64,000 bases of DNA from the NCBI RefSeq assembly GCF_009914755.1, contig NC_060928.1; one strand, 5' to 3'. Position 1 is the first letter of the stretch. Each line of letters starts with the position of its first letter. The notes beneath the pieces are model-generated. The model was not told the DNA's origin. It ran no database searches and worked only from the letters and a program-made list of their open reading frames with translations. Of the stretch, positions 45,404 through 58,319 are shown piece after piece. This DNA is from the human T2T-CHM13v2.0 reference genome, Homo sapiens. The position numbers and the translations under genes are program-made.

Positions 45404-45582
45404 CAATGGTTCTCAATTCTAACTGCTCATTAGAGTCACATTGATGCTTTTAAACATAACTGATAACCAGGATGCACCCCAAACCAATTAAATCAGAATG
45501 CCTGGGGATGGCCTATTGGCATCTGTATTTTGTAAAAGTTCGAAGATAGTTTTAATGTGTAGTCAAATGTTGAGAACCACAG
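45404..45582. mobile_element. MER5A-like hAT element
   Basis: Terminal inverted repeats caatggttctcaa / ttgagaaccacag. Internal 'ccaattaaatcagaat'. Confidence 0.82.
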
Positions 45583-46254
45583 GTCTAATCAAAAGCAAGT
45601 AGAGAATGCAGTATAGATCTGATCTCGATTTTATATTTTTCACTTATGCTTATTTCATCTCATATTTCCAGCATGTGTTGCTTTATATATTTTGAGTCTA
45701 TATTTTTAGAAGTGTATATATATTTATGATATTTATATTCTCTTTATTTCTGTTCCTTAATAGCATTTATCATTTTATGATATTTTTCTACTATAAACAT
45801 ATCTGTTGTTAAATTATTTTGAGCCTATTTTAGTTTATATGTCTTGTTATATATTTCAATGTCTTTATTGTTATCATGTTTCATAATATTTAATGTATCT
45901 GACGCAGTTCAATTATAATGATATTCATTATCTTCATACATCTAAAAATGAATAGGAAATATTGTCCGTAGGAATATATATATATATACCATGGGGGAAA
46001 AAGGCAAAGCAAATGCTTTATAATTGCAAGTACATTAACAAAGAATGTTTTATATCTATCACTCCCAGGAATTACCAACGCAATGACTATCTCATAATAG
46101 AAATTAATAAAGTATTTGTCAAGTAAATAAATCCCCACAAGTAGCCATATTTAAAATGTGTTTGCCTATTCAGTTTGTTTCCATGTTCTTTCCTTTCCCA
46201 TATATCCAGTCTTGTGTTATATTTGAGAAAAGAGTTTATTAAATACTTGAATAC

Positions 46255-46460
46255 AAAATACTAATGCCAAGATTTATTGAATGTTTACTAGTGCCAGATA
46301 ACGCTCTCATTATAATACAAATATTAAGTTATTTAATCATCACAATAGTATGTACTGTTATTGTGAAAAAGGTTAATCTACTTTCCCAATGCCCACATAG
46401 CTAGTAAGAGGAAGTGCCAGCATTTAAATTTAGACAGTTCATGGCCTTTGACTTTAGGCA
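46255..46460 (-). mobile_element. MIR
   Basis: 'atttattgaatgtttactagtgccag', 'atttaatcatcacaa', 'cacatagctagtaag'. Confidence 0.7.
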
Positions 46461-46544
46461 ATACCCTAACAACCTCCTTAAAAATATTTTAATAGCATAT
46501 CAAATGTTTATTCATTCAAAATCTTGGCCCTGATATCTAATTTT

Positions 46545-46826
46545 ATTTGTATTTGTATTTATTTATTTATTTTTGAGGCAAGATCTGACTCTGTCGCTCA
46601 GCGTGGAGTGCCGTGGTGTGATCATAGCTCACTGAAGCTTTGAACTCCTGGACTCAAAAGATCCTCCCACCTCAGCCTTCCTTTCAAGTAGCATCACACT
46701 AGGCCTTTTTGTTTTGTTTTTGGAAAGATGGGGTTTCACCATGTTGCCTAGGCTGGTCTCCATTAATCCTTCCACCTCGAACTTCCAAATTGTTGGGATT
46801 ATAGGCATGAGCCACCGTGCCTGGCC
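46545..46826 (-). mobile_element. AluJ with internal deletions
   Basis: 'gtgatcatagctcactgaagctttgaactcctggactcaa'. Approximate TSD aattttatttgta / aattttagttgta. Confidence 0.9.
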
Positions 46827-47179
46827 CAATTTTAGTTGTACACAATACCTTATCTCTAAATCATCTTCTGGCTATAAAAGTTTGTAAGATTTTCCATCCC
46901 GCTTCGCGATACTGATTTATTTATATTTTTATTTGTTTCAGTATATTTAAACAGCAACAATTAAAACTGAGTTAAGGACACTGCTCACTTCCTCCACATC
47001 TATACTTTTACATGCCATGTAAATCCAAAAGCAGGAGAGCTATTTATGCTGATAAAAGATCAGTCTATACAAGCATGATCTTGAATGTAATGGGATTGTG
47101 AGAAAGTGGTAGGTCATAGAATATAAGGAGTCAAACGCTCACAATACCTCACGCTAAGAGCATTCTAGATGTGAACCAA

Positions 47180-47410
47180 TACTCTACAGACTCTAGAGTC
47201 AGTCTGTGCGGTCCAATTCTGGCACCCCAATTGTTTTGTGGCCTTGAAGTATATGTTCCTATTCCATCCAATTCAGCTTTCTTAGCTGTAAGATGGGGAT
47301 AGTAATATCACTGGTTGCATAGAGCTTTTGTTAGAGTTAACAAACCAGCACACACAATGAAGTTAGAACAGTACCTAACAATTAGCATGCATTGCTTCAT
47401 TATTTGTTAT
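47180..47410 (+). mobile_element. MIR
   Basis: 'cagctttcttagctgtaagatggggatagtaata', 'ttagaacagtaccta'. Confidence 0.65.
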
Positions 47411-48594
47411 TCTTCTTTAGACATGTATCCTTTGGACTCTTCTTTAACAGATATTTAAGTTAATAGCCTTTTCATTTAACTGAGTGTTGGTGCTTGAAAA
47501 CAATGTCATGTGTTTTCACATGTGCAGCTCCCCACTCCTGCACTACCATCTACTCCAGCACCACAAAACTCAATCGAATTCATGTGTGAGTGAATGAATA
47601 CATGTTTATCATTGTGCTTGGTCCCTTATTACTTATTTTACTCTTAAATATGTCTAATTTTTACCTCCTGACAATTTTAGAGAAAAGAAGGGAAACATTT
47701 TGCTATCAAATAAAAGAATGGGGCATGGGGTTACCATCTTTTCAGTTATGAATTAAAGAATTGAGCTGACTTTATTCTGTGATTTAGCACAGAAACACTC
47801 TGGAACAATGGTATGACAGGACAGTAGAAATAAAGCAAAACTTCCATTTATTATTTAACTTCCTTCTACTGTGAAATAGGTTAAGGTTCCTTATTATTTG
47901 GAGATAAATCTCTCGAGGGCGGCTGAACTTAAAAGAAGCATTGCTTTGATTTGTTATAAAAGTGAATGTTCCTAATACAATATTAAAAATTACCTAGCCA
48001 AGACCTTGGATGATTCTTTACAAGCTGATGGTAATAGTGAGAGTCAACTTTATCCTGGTTCATTTCAGTTTCTACCATTTTTTCTAAAGTTATACAGTTC
48101 ATATCTCTCTCAAGAAGCACTAGCTTGAGGCAAGAGCCTAAAGGCAATCAGATGGTAATTTCAGCCTCTAATTCTACCCTTTAAGAAATTCTATTTCATA
48201 AAGAAATGTAAGTTATTCCCACAGACACCTGGTGCAATAAAAATGTGTATGCTATAGGTTAGACTGTAGGGAGGATGGCTCATAACAAAGAACCACTGAG
48301 CGGGAGATTACGACTTACAGTGGATTTTTTAAATTGGAATCACAAATTTTTATTGACAAAATGTCTTTTAGAAAAAACATTTTATTTCAGAGTTACCAGT
48401 GATACACTCTGTAAAAACTTATTGATTATTTGTATGACACACCTCCAGTTTTGCTTTCAAATGATTTTAATAAAATATCCATTATACGTGTGTAAGTATT
48501 TCTTCTGAAATAATCATAGTATGCGTGAGTGCTGATAATGTGATGCTTCTGGCCCAAGTTTTATTTGTAAGAAATTTCCCAAGCAAATCCATTT

Positions 48595-48836
48595 AATCAT
48601 TTGTTCAGTCAGTCAGTCAGTCAGTCAGTCAGTCAATTATTGAGTAGTTGCTATATGCCAGGCAGGTACTGACTGCTGGGATTCAATGTGGATCAGAAAC
48701 AGACATGCTTTCTGCCATATTAGAACTAGGGAGAGAGAAAGATATTGAACAGATAATGGAACAAACAAGAATATATTTGCAATAGAAAATTATTTTAAAA
48801 AGAGAGAAATATGGAACTCAGAAAGTGTAAAATAAG
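48595..48836 (-). mobile_element. L2 3' end with (TCAG)n at 48605-48635
   Basis: 'tattgagtagttgctatatgccaggca...gctgggattca...acagacatg'. Confidence 0.75.
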
Positions 48837-48838
48837 TA

Positions 48839-49202
48839 CAGTAGTTCCTCCTTATCCACAGCTTCACTTTCTGCAGTTTCAGTGACCTGAGGTCAACTGT
48901 GGCCTAAATATATAAACAGAAATTCCAGAAATAATTCATAAGTTTTAAATTGCATGGTGTTCTGAGTAGCATGATGAAATCTTATGTTATCCCACTCAGT
49001 CCCATGGGAACATGACTCATCCCTTTATCAAGTGTAGGCACGCTGTCTGTGCTAATTGCCTGATAGTCACTTAGCAGCCATCTTGGTTATTAGATTAAAA
49101 AAAAAAAAACATAGTGTGCATAAATTTTGGTACTCTTAGAAGTTTCAGACATCCATTGTGGGGGTCTTGGAACTATTCCTTGAAAAGAAGAGGGGACTAC
49201 TT
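48839..49202. mobile_element. MER44 (Tigger7-derived TcMar element)
   Basis: Ends 'ta|cagtagttcctccttatcc' and 'gaggggactactt|ta'. Internal 'ttcataagttttaaattgc...ttctgagtagcatgatgaaatct'. Confidence 0.88.
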
Positions 49203-49264
49203 TATATCTTCCAAACCCAAATTCATTTAAACCTTTCCCAAGGGATTATAAGAAGTCTTGAATT

Positions 49265-49589
<325 letters not shown>

Positions 49590-49800
49590 TCATATTTGTT
49601 AACCATCTTAATCTAAAATTAAGAATGTTCTATGGTAAATCTATGGAAGATTATTATTATATTTCTGAAAAGCACTTACCATTATAGATTATTTAATTAA
49701 CAGTCTATTTTTACTCATCTGTAAGATATATTCAATATCTCCCTCTATGTATATCTGTAAAACTAATATATATCTCTATAAAACTTATGCTGATCTTATT

Positions 49801-49835
49801 TTTTAACTTTTTATGGATACATAATAGTTGTAATA
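49801..49835 (-). mobile_element. Ultra-short L1MA-like 3' terminal insertion
   Basis: 'ttttaactttttatggatacataatagttgta' lies between perfect 14-bp direct repeats atgctgatcttatt. Confidence 0.7.
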
Positions 49836-50659
49836 ATGCTGATCTTATTATTGATTTGACTAGGTATAGCCATCTACATAAATTAAAAGCCTAAGATTAG
49901 AGAGTTAAGTATATTTGAAAATACCAAGGGTCACTACTATTTCATGAATAATTAGGTAGATTAAAAGACTTTAGAGAAATTTATAAGGTTTCTTTCCTAA
50001 TCAATATCAACAGAAATTGCAAAATCAATTTTGACTACTCCCACATGTGACAACACAGATACAAGCCACTATATCTACTGGCTCTGGAAAGCTGACTGCA
50101 AACTATAAATACATAAATGAATAAATAAATAAGAAGACAAACAATTACAAGATAACCCAGTATACTTAACTTGTTTTTTTAAAGTATACATAATTTTATG
50201 AGTTAGATTTTTTTAATAGAGTGAAAATACTTACTTTCTATACAAAATTTTAGGATCAGTTTTTAGAATTAAAAAATAAGAGACTTTTCACATATACTAT
50301 AACTTTTGCAAACTAAAATCTTGGAAACATTATTTTGATGATAAAAATACTGATTTTGGTTAAATGTATAGTTTCTAGAAAAATCTCTCAAAATTATTGA
50401 AAGATGAGACCATAATATATTATTTTCATTTAAATGATCAATTACTACATTCAAAAATATTATTGACAAATATGCTGTTTTTTAATGTTGTTTAGATCAC
50501 ATCCATAGTAGCATACACCAAATTTGCCTCTAATTCATTTTAGGCATATTTTGCCAATGTTAAAATCAGCTGTCTCTTTGAACTTGCTATAGAGAAATGA
50601 CCTATATCTCTAGAAATAAAAACATGTTGGATTTCTCTGTGTATCGTCATAATTTTACA

Positions 50660-50920
50660 AAAATAATAGTACTATTAACATTTATTGAGCAATCCTTAAG
50701 CTTTAAGTATGCACTTATTTTAACTTTTTATACGTAGTAAATTATCTAAACTCCAAAATAAACATAGGAAATAGATAATCATTTTAATCCTAATTTTAAA
50801 ATGAACAAATTGAAGAACAGGAAGTTTAAGTCATTTGCTTAAGACCACACAGATCATAATGGTGGAGTAAGTGTTGGCACTAAAAGGTCCTGAATCCAGA
50901 GTTTGCACTTTTACATACTG
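50660..50920 (-). mobile_element. MIR
   Basis: 'taacatttattgagca', 'ttaagtcatttgcttaagaccacacag'. Confidence 0.75.
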
Positions 50921-51517
50921 AATGACTCATTTTCTGTATTGGTCTAATTAAATTGCAATAATTATTTTCAATACCTTAGGGAGCATGCACACACAAGTTT
51001 TTACTGGTAAACACTAAATTTATATGATTAAGAAAAAAAAAGGAATGTAATTTATACTTATAGATTTTTTAGACCATAATTGGCAACTGTCTATCCAACA
51101 ATAGTTATATTATCATAATCAATCTAGGTTTATAATATTTCTTCAAAGCATTTACAATGTTATTGTGACCACTAAAAGATGAAGAATATTTTAATAGTGA
51201 AAATTATTATTTCTATTTTATGCTTCAGTTTTAAATTTATATCTAAATACTTTGACTTTTAGATGAAGTGAATGCAAGCCAATCTGTCAAAGATGTAAAA
51301 AGTCCTAATTGTCTGTTTCTGTAACATGGCTAAAATAATTTAGGGATTGTCAAACACAGCATTATCAATGCTAAAGCTGAAGGACTGAAGTTGTCACTTG
51401 TCATTGCCCTTAGTTGATTCAATAAAAACATTTTTAATTAAAACTATTTTTTTAATAAAAAAGCTTTCAGTTAAAAAAAAAAAAAGCTTTGGATTAAGCA
51501 TTTGAGAGAGATATATG

Positions 51518-51843
51518 TGTCTGGGCATGGTGGCTTATAAGCCTGTGATCTCGGAACTTTAGGAAGCCGAGATGGGTAGATTGCTTGAGCCCAGGAGTTC
51601 GAGACCAGCCTAGAAAATATGATGAAACACCATCTCTAAAAAACACAAAAATTACCCATGTGAGGTGGTGTGCGCTTGTAGTTCCACCCATTCAGGAGGC
51701 TGAGGTAGGAGGATTATCTGAGCCTGGGAATATTGAGGCTGCAGTGGGCTGTGATTATGCCACTGTACTGTAGTCTGGGCAACAGGGGAGACGCTGTCTC
51801 AGAAACAACAACAAAAAAAAAAAAAATAAGAAAAAAAAAGAAA
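51518..51843 (+). mobile_element. AluJ
   Basis: 'gattgcttgagcccaggagttcgagaccagcct', 'gaggctgcagtgggctgtgattatgccactg'. Approximate TSD agatatat. Confidence 0.92.
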
Positions 51844-52423
51844 GATATATATGATTCAGATAAATGTTACATAAAAAGTTTTAAAACGAGTAGGGCACAT
51901 AAAATGTGGACACAAATAATGCTATAATTATAAAGGAAAAGTGGAATAAAAAATGTAAACAATGATATATTAATATATATTCATATATATCAGTTCATTT
52001 TCAAATTTAAGTATGCTTTTGCAAACAAATATATCAGTGTAGTATGAACCAATACATATTTTATTTTATTTTTAATTGTGGTAAGTTATAAATTTGATTT
52101 TATGTTGAATAAAGTAAAAAGATAATGTGAATACAAGTAAAATAGATCAAAATATTACGATAGATCATAAGATATGTATTGATTATGCTATTTAACAGGA
52201 CACTATTAAAGAATGTATGAGAGAGAATAAGATTTAAAATACATTCCCATTGGTAAGTTTTCACGACACTTACCTGAAATACCTTCTTGCCTTCCTGCCA
52301 TTCCATTTCACAAGGTAAAATTTCAAACATATTTCATAGCCTCAAATGTCATACTGTCATTTTAATTACGACCCTCTCTCTGACACACTTTACTTTCATG
52401 TTTCATATTCCCTTCTGTGTACC

Positions 52424-52876
52424 TGTGAGAAATAGACCCCAGAGTGACCCTCAACAATTCTCACTTCCTGTATTTATGCCTTGAATAATCTCCTCTTTTG
52501 AATGTTTTAAGGACCTGTGACTTGTTCTGACCAATGGAATATGACAAAGATGATGTGCTGTCACTCCTGTTTTACTAATGCCATATAAACAAGCTAGAGC
52601 TAGAGACTCTACTTGTGGGTATGAGGAAGTAAACAGCCATATTGAAGAAGCCCCTGGGCCAAGAAACAACAAAATCCATGGTACTCGGTTATGCAGTTGT
52701 AAGAAAATGAGTTCTGTTAACAACCTAAATGAATTTAGAAGTAGATTCTTTCCCAGATGAGCCTCTGGATGAGAATTCAGCCTGCCTAGCACATTGACTA
52801 CAGCCTTATGAAATCCTCAGCAGAAGATTCACCTAAGTCATGCCTGTAGTCCTACCCCACTGAAACCGTAAGACAG

Positions 52877-52934
<58 letters not shown>

Positions 52935-53245
52935 TATATGTATATATGTATATATGTGTATATGTATATATGTATATATGTATATATGTGTATGTATATG
53001 TGTATATATGTATGTATATGTATATATGTGTATATATGTATATATATGTGTATATATGTATATATGTATATATATGTGTATATATGTATATATATGTGTA
53101 TATATGTGTGTATATATGTATGTATATGTGTGTATATATGTATGTATATGTGTATATATATGTATATATATGTGTATATATATATGTACATTAGTTAAGA
53201 CAGTAAGTTTTTGGTAATTTGGTATACAGCAATTAAAAATATATA
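52424..53245 (+). mobile_element. MLT1E-like LTR interrupted by a microsatellite
   Basis: 'ggacctgtgacttgttctgaccaatggaatatg', 'gttctgttaacaacctaaatgaa', end 'ttggtaatttggtatacagcaat'. Confidence 0.82.
52877..53187. repeat. Compound microsatellite (TA)n(TG)n(TATATG-like)n
   Basis: Directly visible. It is the source of the spurious YI/CV-rich ORFs. Confidence 0.97.
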
Positions 53246-54750
53246 TATTATCCATACCACTTTTTTGGTCACTCAATTATCTGTCTAGTTATCTTTGTTT
53301 CTACACTGTGAGCTACCTCTAAGTTTGCTTATTATTCCAGTGTTTAGAAGAAGAATAAAAAATTCCTGGCACATTTGTTTATGTTGAATTTGCTTTATTA
53401 CAAACACACACACGAGTTATTTCTTAATTATTTTTCATAATATAGTGTGTATTCAAATATGTTAACTGCACAAAAGAATAAATAAATATGTTATTTATTA
53501 CTTCCATTACAATGATGAGGAAATCGAGGCCTGAAAATATTACATGGCTTTTTAATGGCAAAGCCAGGATATGAACTAATTATCTTGTATTAAACCTGTA
53601 TTTCTTCTACTACCAATAAGATATACAGCCTTATGTATTTCTGTCATAGGATTATTGTGTTGTATATTAAGTGAAATAAAATAGATAATATGCTTAAATA
53701 GGTGCCTAATATATAGGAGGATCTTAATAAGTTCCTAATATTTTTCATTATGCCTGAACTTTGAGCAAGCTTAATGCTCAAATTTGTACTCAATTATAGC
53801 AATCATGTCATCCTATAACCAGAAAATTTTTATTATTTTTCTCCTTTTAAATTATGTTTGTTTCACTTTCACATATATATTTCAATAATCCTGTTTTATG
53901 ATTTTAATATCACAAATGTCTTATTTTATTTAAATAGGGTTTTAAACACACAGATACATGTTTATATATAAGTAAATATAGAACTGTACTCAACCGTATG
54001 TATGTTGAAGGACGCATCTTTTCTTTATCTACCAGACATTTAGAAAATTTAAATCCTTCTGACTAATTCAAGTCTATCGAATGGCTCGTTAAATTCTAAC
54101 TTCTACATGATAAAGAACAGGAATACTGGTATTCTGCTTTCTCAGATGTTTTCGTTCAACAAAAACTGAATCTATTTTCTCTTGCTGGACTTGTCATTTC
54201 AAAACTCCCAACAATTCTAACAGGTTCAACCCATTTAGAATGGAATGTCTATATAGGTAAGACACAAATGGGAGGCTGACAATTGCTTTCTTTTAGTTGC
54301 TATAATAAGACAACACCTGGGATGTAATAATTTTTGTAAATTATGAGCTAAATCTTATTGCATTGTTTGAGTTATACAGTGACATTTTAAACACAATGAA
54401 TAATTCTCATGTCATTGCATTTGTATATAAACTCTCCCAGATATTAGTTTCTAGGTAATGCTTCTAGATGGGATAAACCTCTTTCTACCAAACCTTTTTG
54501 CTTACCCCAACATTTCAATTCTGGGAAAGACTAAAATACCGATTATTCTTATCTCTGAGTCATGCTAGGAATTATAAGCAATAATAAATTACTACAGAAT
54601 GCGTATTCAAGCACTATGTTTCTGTATTTTTCACAGAGGAAGAGAGAATTTCTGAATGACATTTCTTTCTACCACTGATATTCACTATTTCCCTGAAATG
54701 GAGTTTCTGGATATGTGTTACTTTTTTAAAAAACCATATGGCTCACCAGC

Positions 54751-55252
54751 TATATTACTTAGCTATTATTGTATAACAACCATCCCAAAGCTTAAGACGG
54801 AAAAACCCAGGTATTATTGTCATGGACCATTTGGGCACATATGCTGATAAGAGTTTAGTCTTTTAAAGTTAGGCTTACTCTTGCATCTGCTATCGGCTGT
54901 GGGTTTCAGTGGAAGCTTCCTGGTCTAGGACAGTCACCCTCAAGTGGTTCTCAGTTGTCTGGCTGTGAGGTAGAGCAGACTAGCCTGGACTTATATACAC
55001 AGGAACTGTGAGATCCAAGATAAAATTAGAAGAGCACAAGCTCTCTGAAAATAAAAAAGTAATGAAGAGTACATTATTACTTTGTATGCATTTTATTAAA
55101 CAAAGAAAGCTATACAGTCAGTTTTTATTGAATAGGTGAATAAACAGATCCTAATTCCTGGTACTTCTAGTTCCTGAAGAATAGCATTGAAAAGAATGCA
55201 GATACAGGGGTGGGTGAAGATTTGTAGTCATTTTTGCAAGTAGTATGCCATA
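54751..55252 (-). mobile_element. Old MLT1 (H/I/J-like) LTR
   Basis: 'agctattattgtataacaaccatcccaaagctta', 'actagcctggactt', end 'tagtcatttttgcaag...tgccata'. Confidence 0.6.
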
Positions 55253-55544
55253 ATGGCTTTCTAAGAATTTCACTAAATGTTCTAGCTTTGGTTTTTAAAA
55301 AACTTTTAGTCTCACTACATTTTGTGTTGAAAGCTCAATCCTGTGCCAAAATGAACTTACTTAACATCCTGCCTCTATATACAGACTGAATGTTGCAAGA
55401 AGACAGAAAAAAGCGATACAATCTATTCCAGATGACCGCTATTACTCTCCTGCTGCCAGCTTCTTCTCTCAAGTGTTCATATTTGATCTGCTCCATTTCC
55501 CACTTCCCTGAGAATCTAGAGGCCACATAGTCATTGTTGGCTAC

Positions 55545-55770
55545 ACAGGTAGTAAGATCATTGAACTTTGGATTTAGTAAGACCTGGATGTGAAACCCAG
55601 TTACTGTCCAACTGCGTGACCCTAGGCTGATAATTTATCCTCTCAGTGTCTGTTTCCTTATCCTGAAATATGAGTTTAATGGTCCACATATTATAGGTCT
55701 GTTGTGAGAACTTGGTGATTGTCAAAAGTCCAAGAGTACTATTATATAGTAAATGCTTAATACTTACTGA
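55545..55770 (+). mobile_element. MIR
   Basis: 'agacctggatgtgaaacccag...gtgaccctaggc...tgtttccttatcctgaaat...gttgtgagaa'. Confidence 0.75.
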
Positions 55771-56800
55771 TTCCCCCTACTACCAGGGCTTTCTTGGAAT
55801 GCATTTTTTAAATTATGGAATTTCTTGAGTCATAAGCAAAACAATGTAAAATTTTTTCACAAAGGAATAAGCTTACAATTTTTGTATGGAAATACTTGGG
55901 TTGCAGATTAAAAGAGTAAACTCAAAACAATATATTATCCTAAGGTTTATAATTTTCTCGAGGATATTTTCATGAGTCCTTTCCAATCATATATATGCCA
56001 AAGGTGCATATTTCCAAGGTGAATAATAAAACTAAAGAGGTATTATTTAGGTGGTATTTATTCTTTGAAAATACAGAGAATATCAAGGACTCAATCATAA
56101 TCAACGTACACTGGATTGGCATTATTAATCTTCGATATATTTAGGGTTACCTTTAGTAAAAGGATATTGAAGTCATTAATACAAACGAAAAAGAAAAGAC
56201 ATAAAAAGTGGCATTGATTTGTAGGACATCAGAATATATTACTTGGTGCAACATAATTATTTAAATGGTCTCCACTTAAACTGATGAGGTTAGAACCTCC
56301 TCATTTCCACAGGTATGTCTCCTTAGCCAGGCTTTTCAAAAGCCAGAAATGGAGTAGAGAATTTATATTCCCTTCCACACAAATAACCAAGGAAAGCATT
56401 CAATCTCAGTAATGAGACAAAAAGTCTAATTTCATTTCATGTGGGGGTGAGAAGAAGCAGATTGTTGCAAAGTCATAGAGAAATGCTTATGAAATTCTTT
56501 TCAAATGTATCTTTGTTCATTCAGATAAACCACCTCACATCATGACACCTCTGAAGAGTCTTCAAATCGAATGTGACTAGTAAACATCAAATTTAGACAA
56601 GCTATATGGCTGGCTATACATTATGGATGCAACTTGACTCTCTATTGCCCCATGTAATGGTCCATAAATTTGTGCCTGTGCATTTCCTGTCAAAAACTAC
56701 TCTCTGCAACAGGTTCCCCAATCCAACCAGGTTGTTATACTCCTACAGTTATGCATTGCCTTTGTATTCAAGACCAATGGAGAGTACAAAAAGATTGGGG

Positions 56801-57314
56801 AATCTTTTTGACACCAGAAACCAGTTTTGCAAAAGATTATTTTTTCGTGGACTGAAAGTGGAGGATGGTTTCAGGATAACTCACGCACTTTACATTTATT
56901 GTGCACTTTATTACTATTATTATTACATTGTGATATACAATGAAATTATTATACCATTTACCATAATGTAGAATCAGTGGGAGCCTTGAGCTTGTGTTCC
57001 TGGAACTAGATGGTCCCATCTGGGGGTGATGGGAGACAGTGACAGATCATTAGGCATTAGATTCTCACAAGGAACATGCAGCCTACATCCTTCACATGCA
57101 TAGTTCACACAGGGTTTGAGCTCCTATGAGAATCTAGTGCCCCTGCTGATCTGACAGGAGGTGGAGCTCAGGCAGTAATGTGAGCGATGGGGAGCACTGT
57201 AAATACAGATGAAGGTTTGCTAGCTTGCCCTCAGCTCACCTCCTGCTGTGTGGCTTAGTTCCTAAAAGGCCACCGACTGATACTGGTCCACGGCCCAGGA
57301 GTTGGGGACCCCTG
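56801..57314 (+). mobile_element. MER1A (hAT-Charlie) with a rearranged left end
   Basis: 'tttttgacaccag', 'ttacatttattgtgcactttatt', 'gaatcagtgggagcc', 'gctgatctgacaggagg'. Right terminal repeat 'gttggggacccctg'. Confidence 0.92.
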
Positions 57315-58319
57315 CCCAAGACCACGCCAGGCCATTTCCTAGGACTGGCTTTTGTTAACACAGGAAGTCTTTGCAAGTTTCCTGTCTGAGGTAAGCATCA
57401 CTGCTTTTTCAACATTTCAGTGTCATTGCTGACCACTTTCTGCTTTCCTAACTGCTTGTCTTGTTTCTAATACTCATCTTATGTGACTCTCCAGTATTAT
57501 GTATGGCCTGGTTCCATAAATTCTTGTAGAGCTTGTTTTCCATGTCTTTCTCATTTATTTTGACATTCATATGAGCACTACATAGTAACTTCTTATCTAA
57601 CTTAGCCTTGACATGAGATCATAGCTGCCTCTTGATCTTTCATTGCCCACTTGACCTGTACTCTTTTGATCTCTCAAGCTACTATCTTCCCCGGAACAAC
57701 ACTCTCTCCTACATCTCTCTGAGAAATTATATTCAATATCCTGTAGATCAAAAGTGAGTTGTTTGCTTAATCACATAATGTACATGCACTATTGTTAGTG
57801 TTCTCAAATGTGAAAGTTAGTCTGGTTTGTATATCCAAAAGTAGAGGAAGCATTTATTTTATAAAAATTAACAAGGTTTTTAAACTTCATAACTTTATTT
57901 ATATAATGATATCCAATATATAAGCCATTTAGTTTTTTCTCCTCCCTCCATCCCAGTTATTTCCATAATTATATTTTGAAAATCAATTTATTTTTAGAAT
58001 ATATTTTTATTATAAACACTATATACAACAAATTTAAAGATGTACATTGAAATCATTGGACAGGAAATTTCCTAAGAGAAATCCTATTTTGTATACTGAA
58101 AATAGCATTGGTAACATTTTTCTCTTTGCAAAGTCTGAATAAAGTAATGAAGTTGTTTCTGTCTCTTATGCTGGCATTAAACAAGTCAACTGTGAAGAAG
58201 TGAAAATAATTCAGGATCATAAAAAAAGACTGCCGGAACTCCAGTCTCTCACTTTAAAGGCAAAGCAGTTCAAAGACCTAAAACATTTTTTGGAGATTTA
58301 ACAGTGTTATGTTATCTAC

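Noticed and set aside
52833-53276. Five overlapping ORFs of 98-147 aa
   Set aside because: They are artefacts of the stop-free TA/TG microsatellite.
50922-55832. Scattered AP-1 (TGASTCA) motifs
   Set aside because: Isolated 7-mers are expected by chance over this length and show no clustering.
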